This document shows positions 20,441-28,415 of a stretch of 60,353 bases of DNA, piece after piece; position 1 is the stretch's first letter, and each line of letters begins with the position of its first letter. The notes under the pieces were generated by a model that ran no database searches, was not told the origin of the DNA, and saw only the letters and a list, made by a program, of their open reading frames with translations. The stretch spans positions 1 through 60,353 of the forward strand of contig JBBDYC010000009.1 of NCBI GenBank assembly GCA_040901985.1, read 5' to 3'. This DNA comes from Gemmatimonadaceae bacterium (GTDB lineage: Bacteria; Gemmatimonadota; Gemmatimonadetes; Gemmatimonadales; Gemmatimonadaceae). The translations under genes and the position numbers were made by a program.

Positions 20441-21286
20441 GGCGCGAGAGGGTGTGGATGACGCACACGCGGCCCGGAGGGCGCTTGTGCGTCAACTACA
20501 CCCTTCGGTGAACTGGCCTCAAGTCTCGGCGTGGTTGACAGTTGCGTATGAAAGCTCCGAACTGGTTGGCACCGGACGCGAGTCCGTCCGGAACTCCGTC
20601 GGCGCCTTACCGAACTTGACCCTCAGCGGAGGCGCCGAGTCAGTGAGCGAGCGTGATAGGCCTACGGCTCTAATGCGGTGAGCTACGCTCGCTCAGTGCT
20701 TGAACTGATCGAACGGCGGGCCCGCATTGGCAGACAGCGCCGCCGAGGCGAGCGGACTCGTGTCGCAGGGCCGTAGCCGCGTGATTGCCCCGACTGGCGA
20801 TGCAGTCGAAGAGGTGGAGGAGGTGGCTCGAGGTCTCCGCCGGACTCAATCTCCTCCAAAGCCGGCGAAGGCGAAGAGACGAGCTTGAGCTGCAGGGACT
20901 GCGGCGCGCCGGAGTTGAGCGCACGGACCACGTCGGGAACACGGAGTCCCGGCACGCGCGTGACGATGGCTGGGCAGTTCCAGTCGCTCGAATCCCACAT
21001 GAGGAGATTGCCCGCACGAAGACCCAGCTGCTCGTCATCGCGCGTTGCGACCAGCCGTACCCTGGATTCACTCACATGCAATCTCGGCTCGCTCCGCGTT
21101 CGACCTTCCCATGCTGAACAGCCAAAGCTTGCCAGCGGACCTCCCGCTACCCCAATCAACTAGTTGCGGATTGTACCGAAAAGCCGCATGCTGTGCCTGC
21201 TTATCCGCTTCGCGTTCCTCCTCACGGCGGTAGGCGGCGCGGATTCCTCGAACAGCGGCACAGCCCGCACTTCACGGAGCTGCTAA

Positions 21287-21928
21287 ATGAGAGCACTGCT
21301 GGCTCTTGTTGCACTGGCGACAGCCGCCTGCCTGCCTCCTTTCACGCACGATCTCGTTCCGGTGGTGAGCCTGAGTTCCGTCGAGCGGCCCGCCGCCGCG
21401 CGCGAACGCTATGGCGAGCAGGTTATTTCCACTCGCAGTGACTCAGGCGTCACGAAGTACTCATTCGAAGATCAGATGATTGAGATCCTCTTCCTGGTGA
21501 GGTACAGCGACATCCTCTTTGATCTGCGGAATAAGACCGACCATTCGCTCCGACTTCTCTGGACAGAAACCGCGATGGTAATGCCTGAGGGGTCCGTCAG
21601 CCCAGTGATGATGAACGGATGGAAGTACACCGACTGTCGGGCCGAAAAGCCACCCGCCGTCATCCCAAAAGGTGTGACGATTACCGACTTCATCACACCT
21701 TGCAGTCGCCTCTCCTTCTACTCCAGCTGGAACGAGGCTCCGCTCTTTAACGACGGAAGGCGCGCGGCATACGACACAACGGTGACGCGCGTCGAGACGG
21801 AGATGCGAAACGTACTCGTCGGCAAGAAGCTCACGGTGCTGATGCCCTTACAGATCGAGGGGGTCACGAACGAGTACACGTTCACATTTTCCGTAGACTC
21901 GATCGACGTCCGCCGTCGCGTTCCATGA
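21287..21928 (+). CDS. Lipoprotein, unknown function
   Basis: Lipoprotein signal MRALLALVALATAA-C; GGAG RBS; lower GC than host. Confidence 0.8.
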   Translation: MRALLALVALATAACLPPFTHDLVPVVSLSSVERPAAARERYGEQVISTRSDSGVTKYSFEDQMIEILFLVRYSDILFDLRNKTDHSLRLLWTETAMVMPEGSVSPVMMNGWKYTDCRAEKPPAVIPKGVTITDFITPCSRLSFYSSWNEAPLFNDGRRAAYDTTVTRVETEMRNVLVGKKLTVLMPLQIEGVTNEYTFTFSVDSIDVRRRVP

Positions 21929-22725
21929 AGATCTCCAAGCGATTCGTGACGCGCGCGCGGCCGGCGCTGAAGAAGTTCGAGCGCGTGCTCGCGGAGGCGC
22001 GCGCGCGCGACGTGAACGAGTCCGACACCACCGTCATCCTCACCGACTTCCTGGCCGAGGTGCTGGGCTACGACAAGTACGCGGAGATGACCAGCGAGTT
22101 CATGATCCGCTCCACGTTCTGCGACCTGGCCATCAAGATCGACGGCAAGCTGCATTTCCTCATCGAGGTGAAGTCCATCGGGACCGCGCTGCGCGACACC
22201 CACCTCAAGCAGGCAGTGGACTACGCGGCCAACCAGGGCTGCGACTGGGTGATCCTCACCAACGGCGTCACGTGGCAGGCGCACCGGGTGAAGTTCGAGA
22301 AGCCCGTGGACAACGAGCTCGTGTTCGAGGTGGACCTGCTCGACCCCGAGGCCACGCCCAGCCAGGTGCTGCAGCACCTGTACCTGATCAGCCGCGAGGC
22401 GCAGTCGCTGACGGCCATCGAGGAGTACCACGCCCGGCGCGAGGCCACGAGCCCCTACGTGCTGGCCCAGCTCCTGCTCGAGCCGAAGGTGCTGGGCCAT
22501 CTCCGGCGCCGGCTGCGGCTCCAGGCCAAGGGCCTGAAGGTCACCGAGGTCGAGCTCCACGCGCACCTCACTGGCGAGGTGCTGAAGCGCGAGCTCGTGG
22601 AGGGCGATCGCGCGACCGCGGCCGAGCGGCTCGTGCGCCGGCAGTCGCGGAAGGCCGCGCGCGCCAAGGCCGACGCGGCGCCGGCGGCGATTTCATCCAC
22701 CACCATCCGCCAGGACCCGACATGA
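21925..22725 (+). CDS. Stand-alone HsdR N-terminal-type PD-(D/E)xK nuclease
   Basis: NESDT, CDLAI..LIEVK, QAVDYA, WVILTNG motifs; no helicase, HsdM or HsdS nearby. Confidence 0.85.
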   Translation: MKISKRFVTRARPALKKFERVLAEARARDVNESDTTVILTDFLAEVLGYDKYAEMTSEFMIRSTFCDLAIKIDGKLHFLIEVKSIGTALRDTHLKQAVDYAANQGCDWVILTNGVTWQAHRVKFEKPVDNELVFEVDLLDPEATPSQVLQHLYLISREAQSLTAIEEYHARREATSPYVLAQLLLEPKVLGHLRRRLRLQAKGLKVTEVELHAHLTGEVLKRELVEGDRATAAERLVRRQSRKAARAKADAAPAAISSTTIRQDPT

Positions 22726-23138
22726 ACGTCTCATTCGCCCAGCTATGTGATTACGCCACCATTTCCAGGGAGGGCAAGCTCAGCGTGATGGGCATGTTCG
22801 ATCAGATCGCGAGCGCCCAGGTGCCGGTGGTGCACCCGTTGATGTACCTGGTGTTTCAGATTGAGCTGAACTCCGCCGAGCTGGGGAAGAAACTGAAGGT
22901 GCGCATCGAACTGCAGAGTGCGGACGGGGCAAAGCTCGGCGGGACGGACGCCACGTTTCGCGTCGATGGGCCCGTGCGACGGGGCACAACACCGAAAATC
23001 CCGCAGGTTGTGCCGCTGATCGGCCTCCAGTTTCCGACGCTCGGCGGGTACCAGTTCGCCATCTGGATCAATGATGATCTGAAGAAGGTCGTCGGATTCG
23101 ACTTGCTTGAGCTCACGAGTGCCGGTCCGAAGAGGTGA
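22722..23138 (+). CDS. DUF6941-like beta-sandwich protein (138 aa)
   Basis: ATG at 22722 overlaps upstream TGA; LCDYA..GKLSVMGMFD, FPTLGGYQFAIWIND pattern. Confidence 0.72.
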   Translation: MNVSFAQLCDYATISREGKLSVMGMFDQIASAQVPVVHPLMYLVFQIELNSAELGKKLKVRIELQSADGAKLGGTDATFRVDGPVRRGTTPKIPQVVPLIGLQFPTLGGYQFAIWINDDLKKVVGFDLLELTSAGPKR

Positions 23139-23395
23139 CCGCCGCCCTTGCGGAGCTGTTGGCCGAGCTGGACTATTCCCCCGCAGGCACGGATTGGCTG
23201 ACCCTCGAGCAGGTACTGTTGCGGGCCGGGTACCGGCCCGTGGAACTTGAGCCCCCGTTTCGGCGATACAATCCTCCTGGCGGTGGCGTGCCGATCTTTC
23301 TGCGGACCGACCACCAGTACGTGAACGTGGAACTCGTGAGGTACGTAGTGCAGGCAGTCCGTCTTCGTCTCCCTCCCTCGGAGCAATCTCGATGA
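23135..23395 (+). CDS. HicA-like toxin, divergent
   Basis: 86 aa; SPAGTDWLTLEQVLLRAGY..RRYNPP..DHQYVNVELVRYVV fits HicA alpha-beta3-alpha layout; GSH motif absent; precedes HicB-like ORF. Confidence 0.55.
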   Translation: MTAALAELLAELDYSPAGTDWLTLEQVLLRAGYRPVELEPPFRRYNPPGGGVPIFLRTDHQYVNVELVRYVVQAVRLRLPPSEQSR

Positions 23396-23676
23396 CAGTC
23401 ACGATGGGATCATCCATCATTCTGGTCGGCGTGCGCGAAGTGCCGGCCCCCACGCCGGACGGCAAGCGCCAGTTCGTGGCCGAGGATCCGCACGTCCCCG
23501 GCGCGATCGGCTACGGCGCCACCGCCGATGAGGCGCTGCAGATGCTGCACGTCGTGCGGAAGAGCCTCACGGCCGGCGCGCCGGACCCGGCGGAGTTCTC
23601 GCAGACCAGCCCGATGTTTGCACCCGACAGCATCAAGGCCCAGATCGGGCGGCCCTGGGACCTGCAGCTGATCTAG
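23392..23676 (+). CDS. HicB-like antitoxin without DNA-binding domain
   Basis: FVAEDPHVPGAIGYGATADEAL matches HicB N-terminal pattern. Confidence 0.7.
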   Translation: MTVTMGSSIILVGVREVPAPTPDGKRQFVAEDPHVPGAIGYGATADEALQMLHVVRKSLTAGAPDPAEFSQTSPMFAPDSIKAQIGRPWDLQLI

Positions 23677-23700
23677 CCCCGCCTGCGCGCCCGCGTGGAG

Positions 23701-23734
23701 AACGGCCCCGGCCACCCGTCGGGGCCGTTTTCTT
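23701..23734 (+). terminator. Intrinsic terminator of five-gene operon
   Basis: AACGGCCCCG/CGGGGCCGTT 10-bp stem then TTCTT. Confidence 0.75.
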
Positions 23735-23740
23735 GCCCTC

Positions 23741-23768
23741 TTGACATTTGGTTGCTAGCGACTATATT
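23741..23768 (+). promoter_or_regulatory. Sigma70-like promoter of DUF4258/DUF2283 pair
   Basis: TTGACA-16-TATATT. Confidence 0.6.
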
Positions 23769-23809
23769 ACATCGTATCGCAGGGCAGGCTCACCGTACGA
23801 CGAGAGAGG

Positions 23810-24052
23810 ATGATGACGCACAAGCAGGTGACGTACACCGACCACGCCAGCGACCAGTTGAAAGAGCGTGGCCTCACCCGGCCGGATGTCCGCCGGTTGC
23901 TGGCCATCGGGATGCGGCGGCCGGACCCAGAGCCCGGCTACGAGTCGAAGTGGATTCGTGAGGCGTACATCCGAGGGCAGGAAGCAGGCATCTGCTACGC
24001 GGAGTATCCCGACAGAATCAAAATCATCACGGTGTACTGGGTGGAGCGCTGA
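23810..24052 (+). CDS. DUF4258 (RelE-like) putative toxin
   Basis: YTDHASDQLKERGLT..IKIITVY; GAGG RBS. Confidence 0.8.
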   Translation: MMTHKQVTYTDHASDQLKERGLTRPDVRRLLAIGMRRPDPEPGYESKWIREAYIRGQEAGICYAEYPDRIKIITVYWVER

Positions 24053-24113
24053 CCGCTCCCCCAGCGCCCCACCCGCAGCAGTGCAGCACCAAAACCCCAA
24101 CGACGGATAGAGT

Positions 24114-24548
24114 ATGCAGCCCCACATGAAGTACGACCCCCAGGCGGACGCGCTCGCGATCCGCTTCACCCGCGCGAAGGATGCGCGCCCCGTGACCCGC
24201 GTCCTCGCCGGCAACATCCGCGGCGACTACGTCGGCGAGCAGCTCGTGGCGATCGAGATCCTCGCGGCGTCGCAGTTGATCGACCCGCGATCGCTCGCCA
24301 CGATCGCGCCCGCCGGCACCTGGCTCACGATCGAGGAAGCCGTGAAGGTCTCGAAGCGTCAGCCCACGACGCTGCGGAACGCGATCGCGCACAGCCGCCT
24401 GAAGGCCGAGAAGCGCGGCCGCGACTGGATGGTGCTCGAGAGCGAGCTCCTCAACTATCTCGAGTCACTGAGCCCGGCGGGACGCAAGCCGGCGAACAGA
24501 AGCGCGTCGCACCGGAACCGTTCGTCGACGGCGAAGGCGGCGAGATAG
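24114..24548 (+). CDS. DUF2283 antitoxin fused to excisionase-like HTH
   Basis: YDPQADALAIRF..LVAIEILAAS, then LTIEEA..TTLRNAI..LKAEKRGRDW. Confidence 0.8.
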   Translation: MQPHMKYDPQADALAIRFTRAKDARPVTRVLAGNIRGDYVGEQLVAIEILAASQLIDPRSLATIAPAGTWLTIEEAVKVSKRQPTTLRNAIAHSRLKAEKRGRDWMVLESELLNYLESLSPAGRKPANRSASHRNRSSTAKAAR

Positions 24549-24558
24549 CGCCAAGACC

Positions 24559-24597
24559 GAATGGAGCTGGCCCACATCACGAGAGCCAGCTCCATTC
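24559..24597. terminator. Hairpin between convergent genes, possible bidirectional terminator
   Basis: Perfect 13-bp stem GAATGGAGCTGGC/GCCAGCTCCATTC; no clear U-tract. Confidence 0.5.
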
Positions 24598-24608
24598 TCA
24601 TACTGGAC

Positions 24609-24722
24609 CTACTTCTTCTTGATCGTCTCGACGACCGTCGAGCCGGGCCGCTGCTTCGCTTCCTTGACGGGAATGAATTCTCCCGTCTTCGCGTCGCGGC
24701 CGATCTTAAAGGTTTTCGCCAT
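24609..24722 (-). CDS. 37-aa basic small protein, not in ORF track
   Basis: MAKTFKIGRDAKTGEFIPVKEAKQRPGSTVVETIKKK; AAAGGA RBS; high GC3. Confidence 0.75.
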   Translation of the reverse strand: MAKTFKIGRDAKTGEFIPVKEAKQRPGSTVVETIKKK

Positions 24723-24741
24723 AGCGAATGATCCTTTAGTT

Positions 24742-24991
24742 GAGGTGATACTGCACCTTGAGCTTCCTGGGCGATCTCCGGGCAGCTGGAACCGGAGCCC
24801 TTGCGCCGTTGGCCATACGACGCGAATATCACCTCGCTTGGGTGGACCACCTGAGTGGAGTAGAGGTGAGGACGGACGCCAATCCGCTCACCGGGAACGG
24901 CCCTCGGAGTGCTCATCACTCCGGGGGCTTTCTCGTACCTGCGGATTCACAGGCACAGACGGTATCTATGGTTCCCAAGTAGTAGTTGCAA
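24742..24991 (-). ncRNA. Structured leader RNA upstream of the 37-aa protein
   Basis: Candidate promoter TTGCAA-17-TAGATA; stems at 24935-24956, 24900-24928, 24865-24892 and 24742-24752/24825-24835; G-U pairs favour minus strand. Confidence 0.45.
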
Positions 24992-25036
24992 GCCTGTTGC
25001 CGACGATCACAGGCTGCGGCCAAGCCGGCGGCTCAC

Positions 25037-25267
25037 TCAGCGACGGGCCAGCGCACCGCCGATCACGCCAACCACCGCGCGCACGGCCGCGCCTCCCGGC
25101 CCTCCCGCCACGGCACCGAGCGCCGCGCCGCCGGCCGCATAGGTGACGTCGAACCGCACGGCGATGCGCTGAAGCGGAGCGATCACCGCAGTCGCCGCCT
25201 GGCGCTCCATCTCGGTCACGCGCTCGAGCGAATCCCCTCGCGCCATCGCGCGCCGCCTCCTCCGCAT
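25037..25267 (-). CDS. Small glycine-zipper-like hypothetical protein, possibly a fragment
   Basis: GGAALGAVAGGPGGAAV..GVIGG; start uncertain. Confidence 0.3.
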   Translation of the reverse strand: MRRRRRAMARGDSLERVTEMERQAATAVIAPLQRIAVRFDVTYAAGGAALGAVAGGPGGAAVRAVVGVIGGALARR

Positions 25268-25354
25268 CGGTGTGCGCTGGCAGCGCCCGGCCCACCACCA
25301 GCGCGAGGAACCCGATCGCCGCGGCGAGCAACGTCCGCAAGGCGCGAGCCGCCG

Positions 25355-26233
25355 CTACGGCGCTCGAACCTCGGGCCCCTTGGCCCCCGTCGCGATCCGC
25401 CCCCACGCCGTCGTCGCGTCGTGCTCGAACACCACCAGCCACTTCCCCGCCTCGGCCTCCCGCCAGAGCGCGCGCTTGGACTCCAGCGTCACCAGCGGCT
25501 CCACGTCGTAGCCCATGATCCAGGCCAGCGGCACGTGCGCCGCCGTCGGGCAGACGTCGCCGAGGAAGACCGCCGTCTCGCGCTCGCTCGTGACGACGAT
25601 GCTCTGGTGGTGCGGCGTGTGGCCCGGCGTATGCCGCATCTTTATGCCCGGCACGAGCTCCCGGTTGGACTCGACGAGCGCCAACTGGCCGTTGTCGCGC
25701 AGGAGGTCCCAGTTGCGGGGAAAGTAGCTCGCCGCCGTGCGCTCGTTGGTGTGCGTCGCGTAGTGCATCTCGCCGCGATGCACGAGGTAGCGCGCATTGG
25801 GAAAGGTCGGCACGAGTTCGCCGTCCGCGGCGCGCATCGTATTGCCGCCGGCGTGGTCGAAGTGCAGGTGCGTGTTGATGACGACCTTCACGTCCCCGGC
25901 GGTGAATCCGGCGGCCGCCAGCGCCGCGTGGAGCATCGTCGGATGCCCGGGCGCGTCGGCCTCGATGCCGTAGATGTCGAGGAACTTCTGGTCCTCCTTG
26001 TTGCCGGCCCCGCTGTCCACCAGCACCAGCCCGTCGGGATGCTCGATGAGGAGACAGCGCATCCCGAGCGGGATCCGGTTGCGCTCGTCGGCGGGGATCC
26101 GTCGCTCCCAGAGCGGTTTCGGCACGACGCCGAACATCGCCCCGCCGTCGAGCCGCTGGCCGCCGGCCTGCAGGGCGTGGATGCGCCACGCCCCGAGCTG
26201 GCGCGATTCGTGGAGAGGGGTCGGCGCGGTCAT
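25355..26233 (-). CDS. MBL-fold metallo-hydrolase (YtnP-like)
   Basis: LDGGAMFGVVPKPLW, THLHFDHAGG, TPGHTPHH, FEHD. Confidence 0.92.
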   Translation of the reverse strand: MTAPTPLHESRQLGAWRIHALQAGGQRLDGGAMFGVVPKPLWERRIPADERNRIPLGMRCLLIEHPDGLVLVDSGAGNKEDQKFLDIYGIEADAPGHPTMLHAALAAAGFTAGDVKVVINTHLHFDHAGGNTMRAADGELVPTFPNARYLVHRGEMHYATHTNERTAASYFPRNWDLLRDNGQLALVESNRELVPGIKMRHTPGHTPHHQSIVVTSERETAVFLGDVCPTAAHVPLAWIMGYDVEPLVTLESKRALWREAEAGKWLVVFEHDATTAWGRIATGAKGPEVRAP

Positions 26234-26272
26234 CGGAGGGAAGTTAAGGGAACGCCACGGCGCAGCGCGCCC

Positions 26273-26914
26273 TCAGACTCCGTCCGCCCCGTCGGTCCCG
26301 CGCGGGAGCGCGGTGCGCCGCCGGGCCCGCGAGGTACGCGCCGCCAGCAGGCCCGCGAGGTCGTCCCAGGTATGCACGCCGCGATACGACGCGTCGCGCA
26401 GCAACCCCTGCAGCACCTCGGCGGTGGCGAGGGCATCCCCGCTCGCGCGGTGCCGGTCGGCGATCTGCACCCCGTAGTGATCGGCGACGGCGTCGAGGTT
26501 CCGCCGTGGCAGGTGCGAGAGCAGTCGGCGCGCGAGCCGCACCGTGCAGAGTTGCTCGGCGATCAGGGACGCCAGCGGCGTCGGCGCAATGCGCGCGAAC
26601 TCGGCGTCGAGGAAGCCGAAGTCGAACCGCGCATTGTGGGCGACGAAGACGCGCCCCACCAGGTGCGCAGCAAACTCGCCGGCGATGTCACGAAAGGTCG
26701 GCGCGGCGCGCACCATCCGATCGTCAATCCCGGTGAGCCGCGTGATCTGCCAGGGGATCGGCCGCCCCGGGTTCACGAGCGAATGGAAGGCAAGGGTCGC
26801 CGCATTGCCATCCACGTGCACCGCCGCGACTTCGGTGACGCGGTCGTCGCGCCAGGGGCTGCCCCCCGTGGTCTCGACGTCCACGACCACGAAGGGGAGG
26901 GTGTGGAGGAGCAT
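26273..26914 (-). CDS. DEDDh 3'-5' exonuclease (DnaQ-like)
   Basis: DVETTG, VAHNARFD, HRASGDA; ATG 26914. Confidence 0.9.
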   Translation of the reverse strand: MLLHTLPFVVVDVETTGGSPWRDDRVTEVAAVHVDGNAATLAFHSLVNPGRPIPWQITRLTGIDDRMVRAAPTFRDIAGEFAAHLVGRVFVAHNARFDFGFLDAEFARIAPTPLASLIAEQLCTVRLARRLLSHLPRRNLDAVADHYGVQIADRHRASGDALATAEVLQGLLRDASYRGVHTWDDLAGLLAARTSRARRRTALPRGTDGADGV

Positions 26915-26937
26915 CGGAGGAAAGTAACCGGCCCCTA

Positions 26938-26982
26938 TTGAGCGGCGCGGGGAAGCGTGGTAGTTTGTGAAGGATTTCACAA
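26938..26982 (+). promoter_or_regulatory. rex promoter with Rex operator
   Basis: TTGAGC-17-TAGTTT; TTGTGAA-GGAT-TTCACAA (26965-26982) equals Rex consensus. Confidence 0.88.
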
Positions 26983-27001
26983 GCCCACGATCACCTCGCC
27001 C

Positions 27002-27625
27002 GTGAAGCACATCGCCGAGTCCACCGTCCGACGGCTCTCGCTCTACCTCCGCTTCCTGGAGGAGTTCGACGCGCGCGCCCAGGCCACCGTTTCGTCGGGC
27101 GAACTCGCCCGGTTGGGTGGCACCACCTCGGCCCAGGTCCGGAAGGACCTCTCCTTCTTTGGCTCCTTCGGCAAGCGCGGCCTGGGCTACGCGGTGAAGG
27201 CCCTGATCGAGTCCATCCGCGAGATTCTCGGGCTCGACCACCCCTGGCCGACCGTCATCGTCGGCGCCGGGAAGATCGGTGCCGCACTCGCGCAGCACCG
27301 CGGATTCGCCGCGCGCGGATTCACCGTCGTCGGCATCTACGATGCCGATCCGGCAAAGGTCGGCACGCCGCTCGACCGGCTCACTGTGCGCGCCGATTCC
27401 GACCTCGAGCGCGACATCGCCCGCCTCAAGCCGCGGATCGCCGTGCTCTGCGTGCCCGTCGGGGTCGCCCAGCCGATGGCCGATCGCCTCGTCAAGGCCG
27501 GCATCAAGGCGATCCTCAACTTCGCCCCCGTCCCGCTGGCGGTCCCCGGGAGCGTCACGCTACGCACGGTGGATATGGCCACCGAACTTGAGATCCTGGC
27601 CTTCACCCTGACGAACACGCCCTGA
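27002..27625 (+). CDS. rex: Redox-sensing repressor Rex
   Basis: RRLSLYLRFL, QVRKDLSFFG..GKRGLGY, IVGAGKIG, ILNFAP. Confidence 0.96.
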   Translation: MKHIAESTVRRLSLYLRFLEEFDARAQATVSSGELARLGGTTSAQVRKDLSFFGSFGKRGLGYAVKALIESIREILGLDHPWPTVIVGAGKIGAALAQHRGFAARGFTVVGIYDADPAKVGTPLDRLTVRADSDLERDIARLKPRIAVLCVPVGVAQPMADRLVKAGIKAILNFAPVPLAVPGSVTLRTVDMATELEILAFTLTNTP

Positions 27626-28415
27626 GCAGGCGCAGGAAGTCGGCGGGCGAGAGCGTCTCGGGGCGCGCCGACGGCTCAATCCCTGCCGCGGCCAGCGCCT
27701 TGTCCGCCGCCACGGCGTCCCACGCGCGGACCGTCCGCAACACGCGCCGCATCTGCTTCCGGCGTAACCCAAACGCGGCCTGAACGAGCAGCCGGAACGG
27801 CTCCTCCTCCTCCGGTGCCATCATCGGCGCCGCGCGCGGCACGACCCGCAGCACCGCCGACTCGACCTTCGGCGGCGGCGTGAACGCCTTGGCCGACACC
27901 CCAAAGAGAATGGTCGCGTCGGCCAGCGCCTGCACGTTCACCGAGAGCGCGCCGTACGCCTCGCTGCCCGGCGGCGCGACGATCCGCTCCGCCACCTCGC
28001 GCTGCACGAGGTACACCGCGCGCTCGGGCCGCGGCCGGCGCATCGCGTGGAAGAGGATTGGGGTCGTGATGTTGTACGGGACGTTGCCCGCCAGCAGGTA
28101 CGGCCCGCCCGCGAGTGCACCGAGGTCCTGCTCGAGCACGTCCCCCTCCACCACCTGGAGACGCGGCTCGTCCTTCCAGCGCTCGGCGAGCAGCGGCGCA
28201 AGGTCGCGGTCCACTTCAATGGCAATCACCCGGCCGGCGCGCTTGAGGAGTTGCTCCGTTAGCGCGCCGCGGCCCGGCCCGATCTCGATCACCGTGTCGG
28301 CCGGCGTGGCGGCCAGCGTGTCGGCGATGCGGCCGAGCAGCCCAGGGTCGGTCAGGAAGTGCTGGCCGAGCCGCTTCCGCGGCCGCGCGTGCGCGGCCGG
28401 CCGGGGCTCGCTCAC
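27603..28415 (-). CDS. rsmA: 16S rRNA adenine dimethyltransferase KsgA
   Basis: KRLGQHFL, EIGPGRGALT, NVPYNIT, FTPPPKVES; GTG 28415. Confidence 0.96.
   Translation of the reverse strand: MSEPRPAAHARPRKRLGQHFLTDPGLLGRIADTLAATPADTVIEIGPGRGALTEQLLKRAGRVIAIEVDRDLAPLLAERWKDEPRLQVVEGDVLEQDLGALAGGPYLLAGNVPYNITTPILFHAMRRPRPERAVYLVQREVAERIVAPPGSEAYGALSVNVQALADATILFGVSAKAFTPPPKVESAVLRVVPRAAPMMAPEEEEPFRLLVQAAFGLRRKQMRRVLRTVRAWDAVAADKALAAAGIEPSARPETLSPADFLRLLRACSSG

Noticed and set aside
20450..25030. Prophage or integrative element
   Set aside because: No integrase, structural genes, att repeats or TIR/TSD found; treated only as an accessory island
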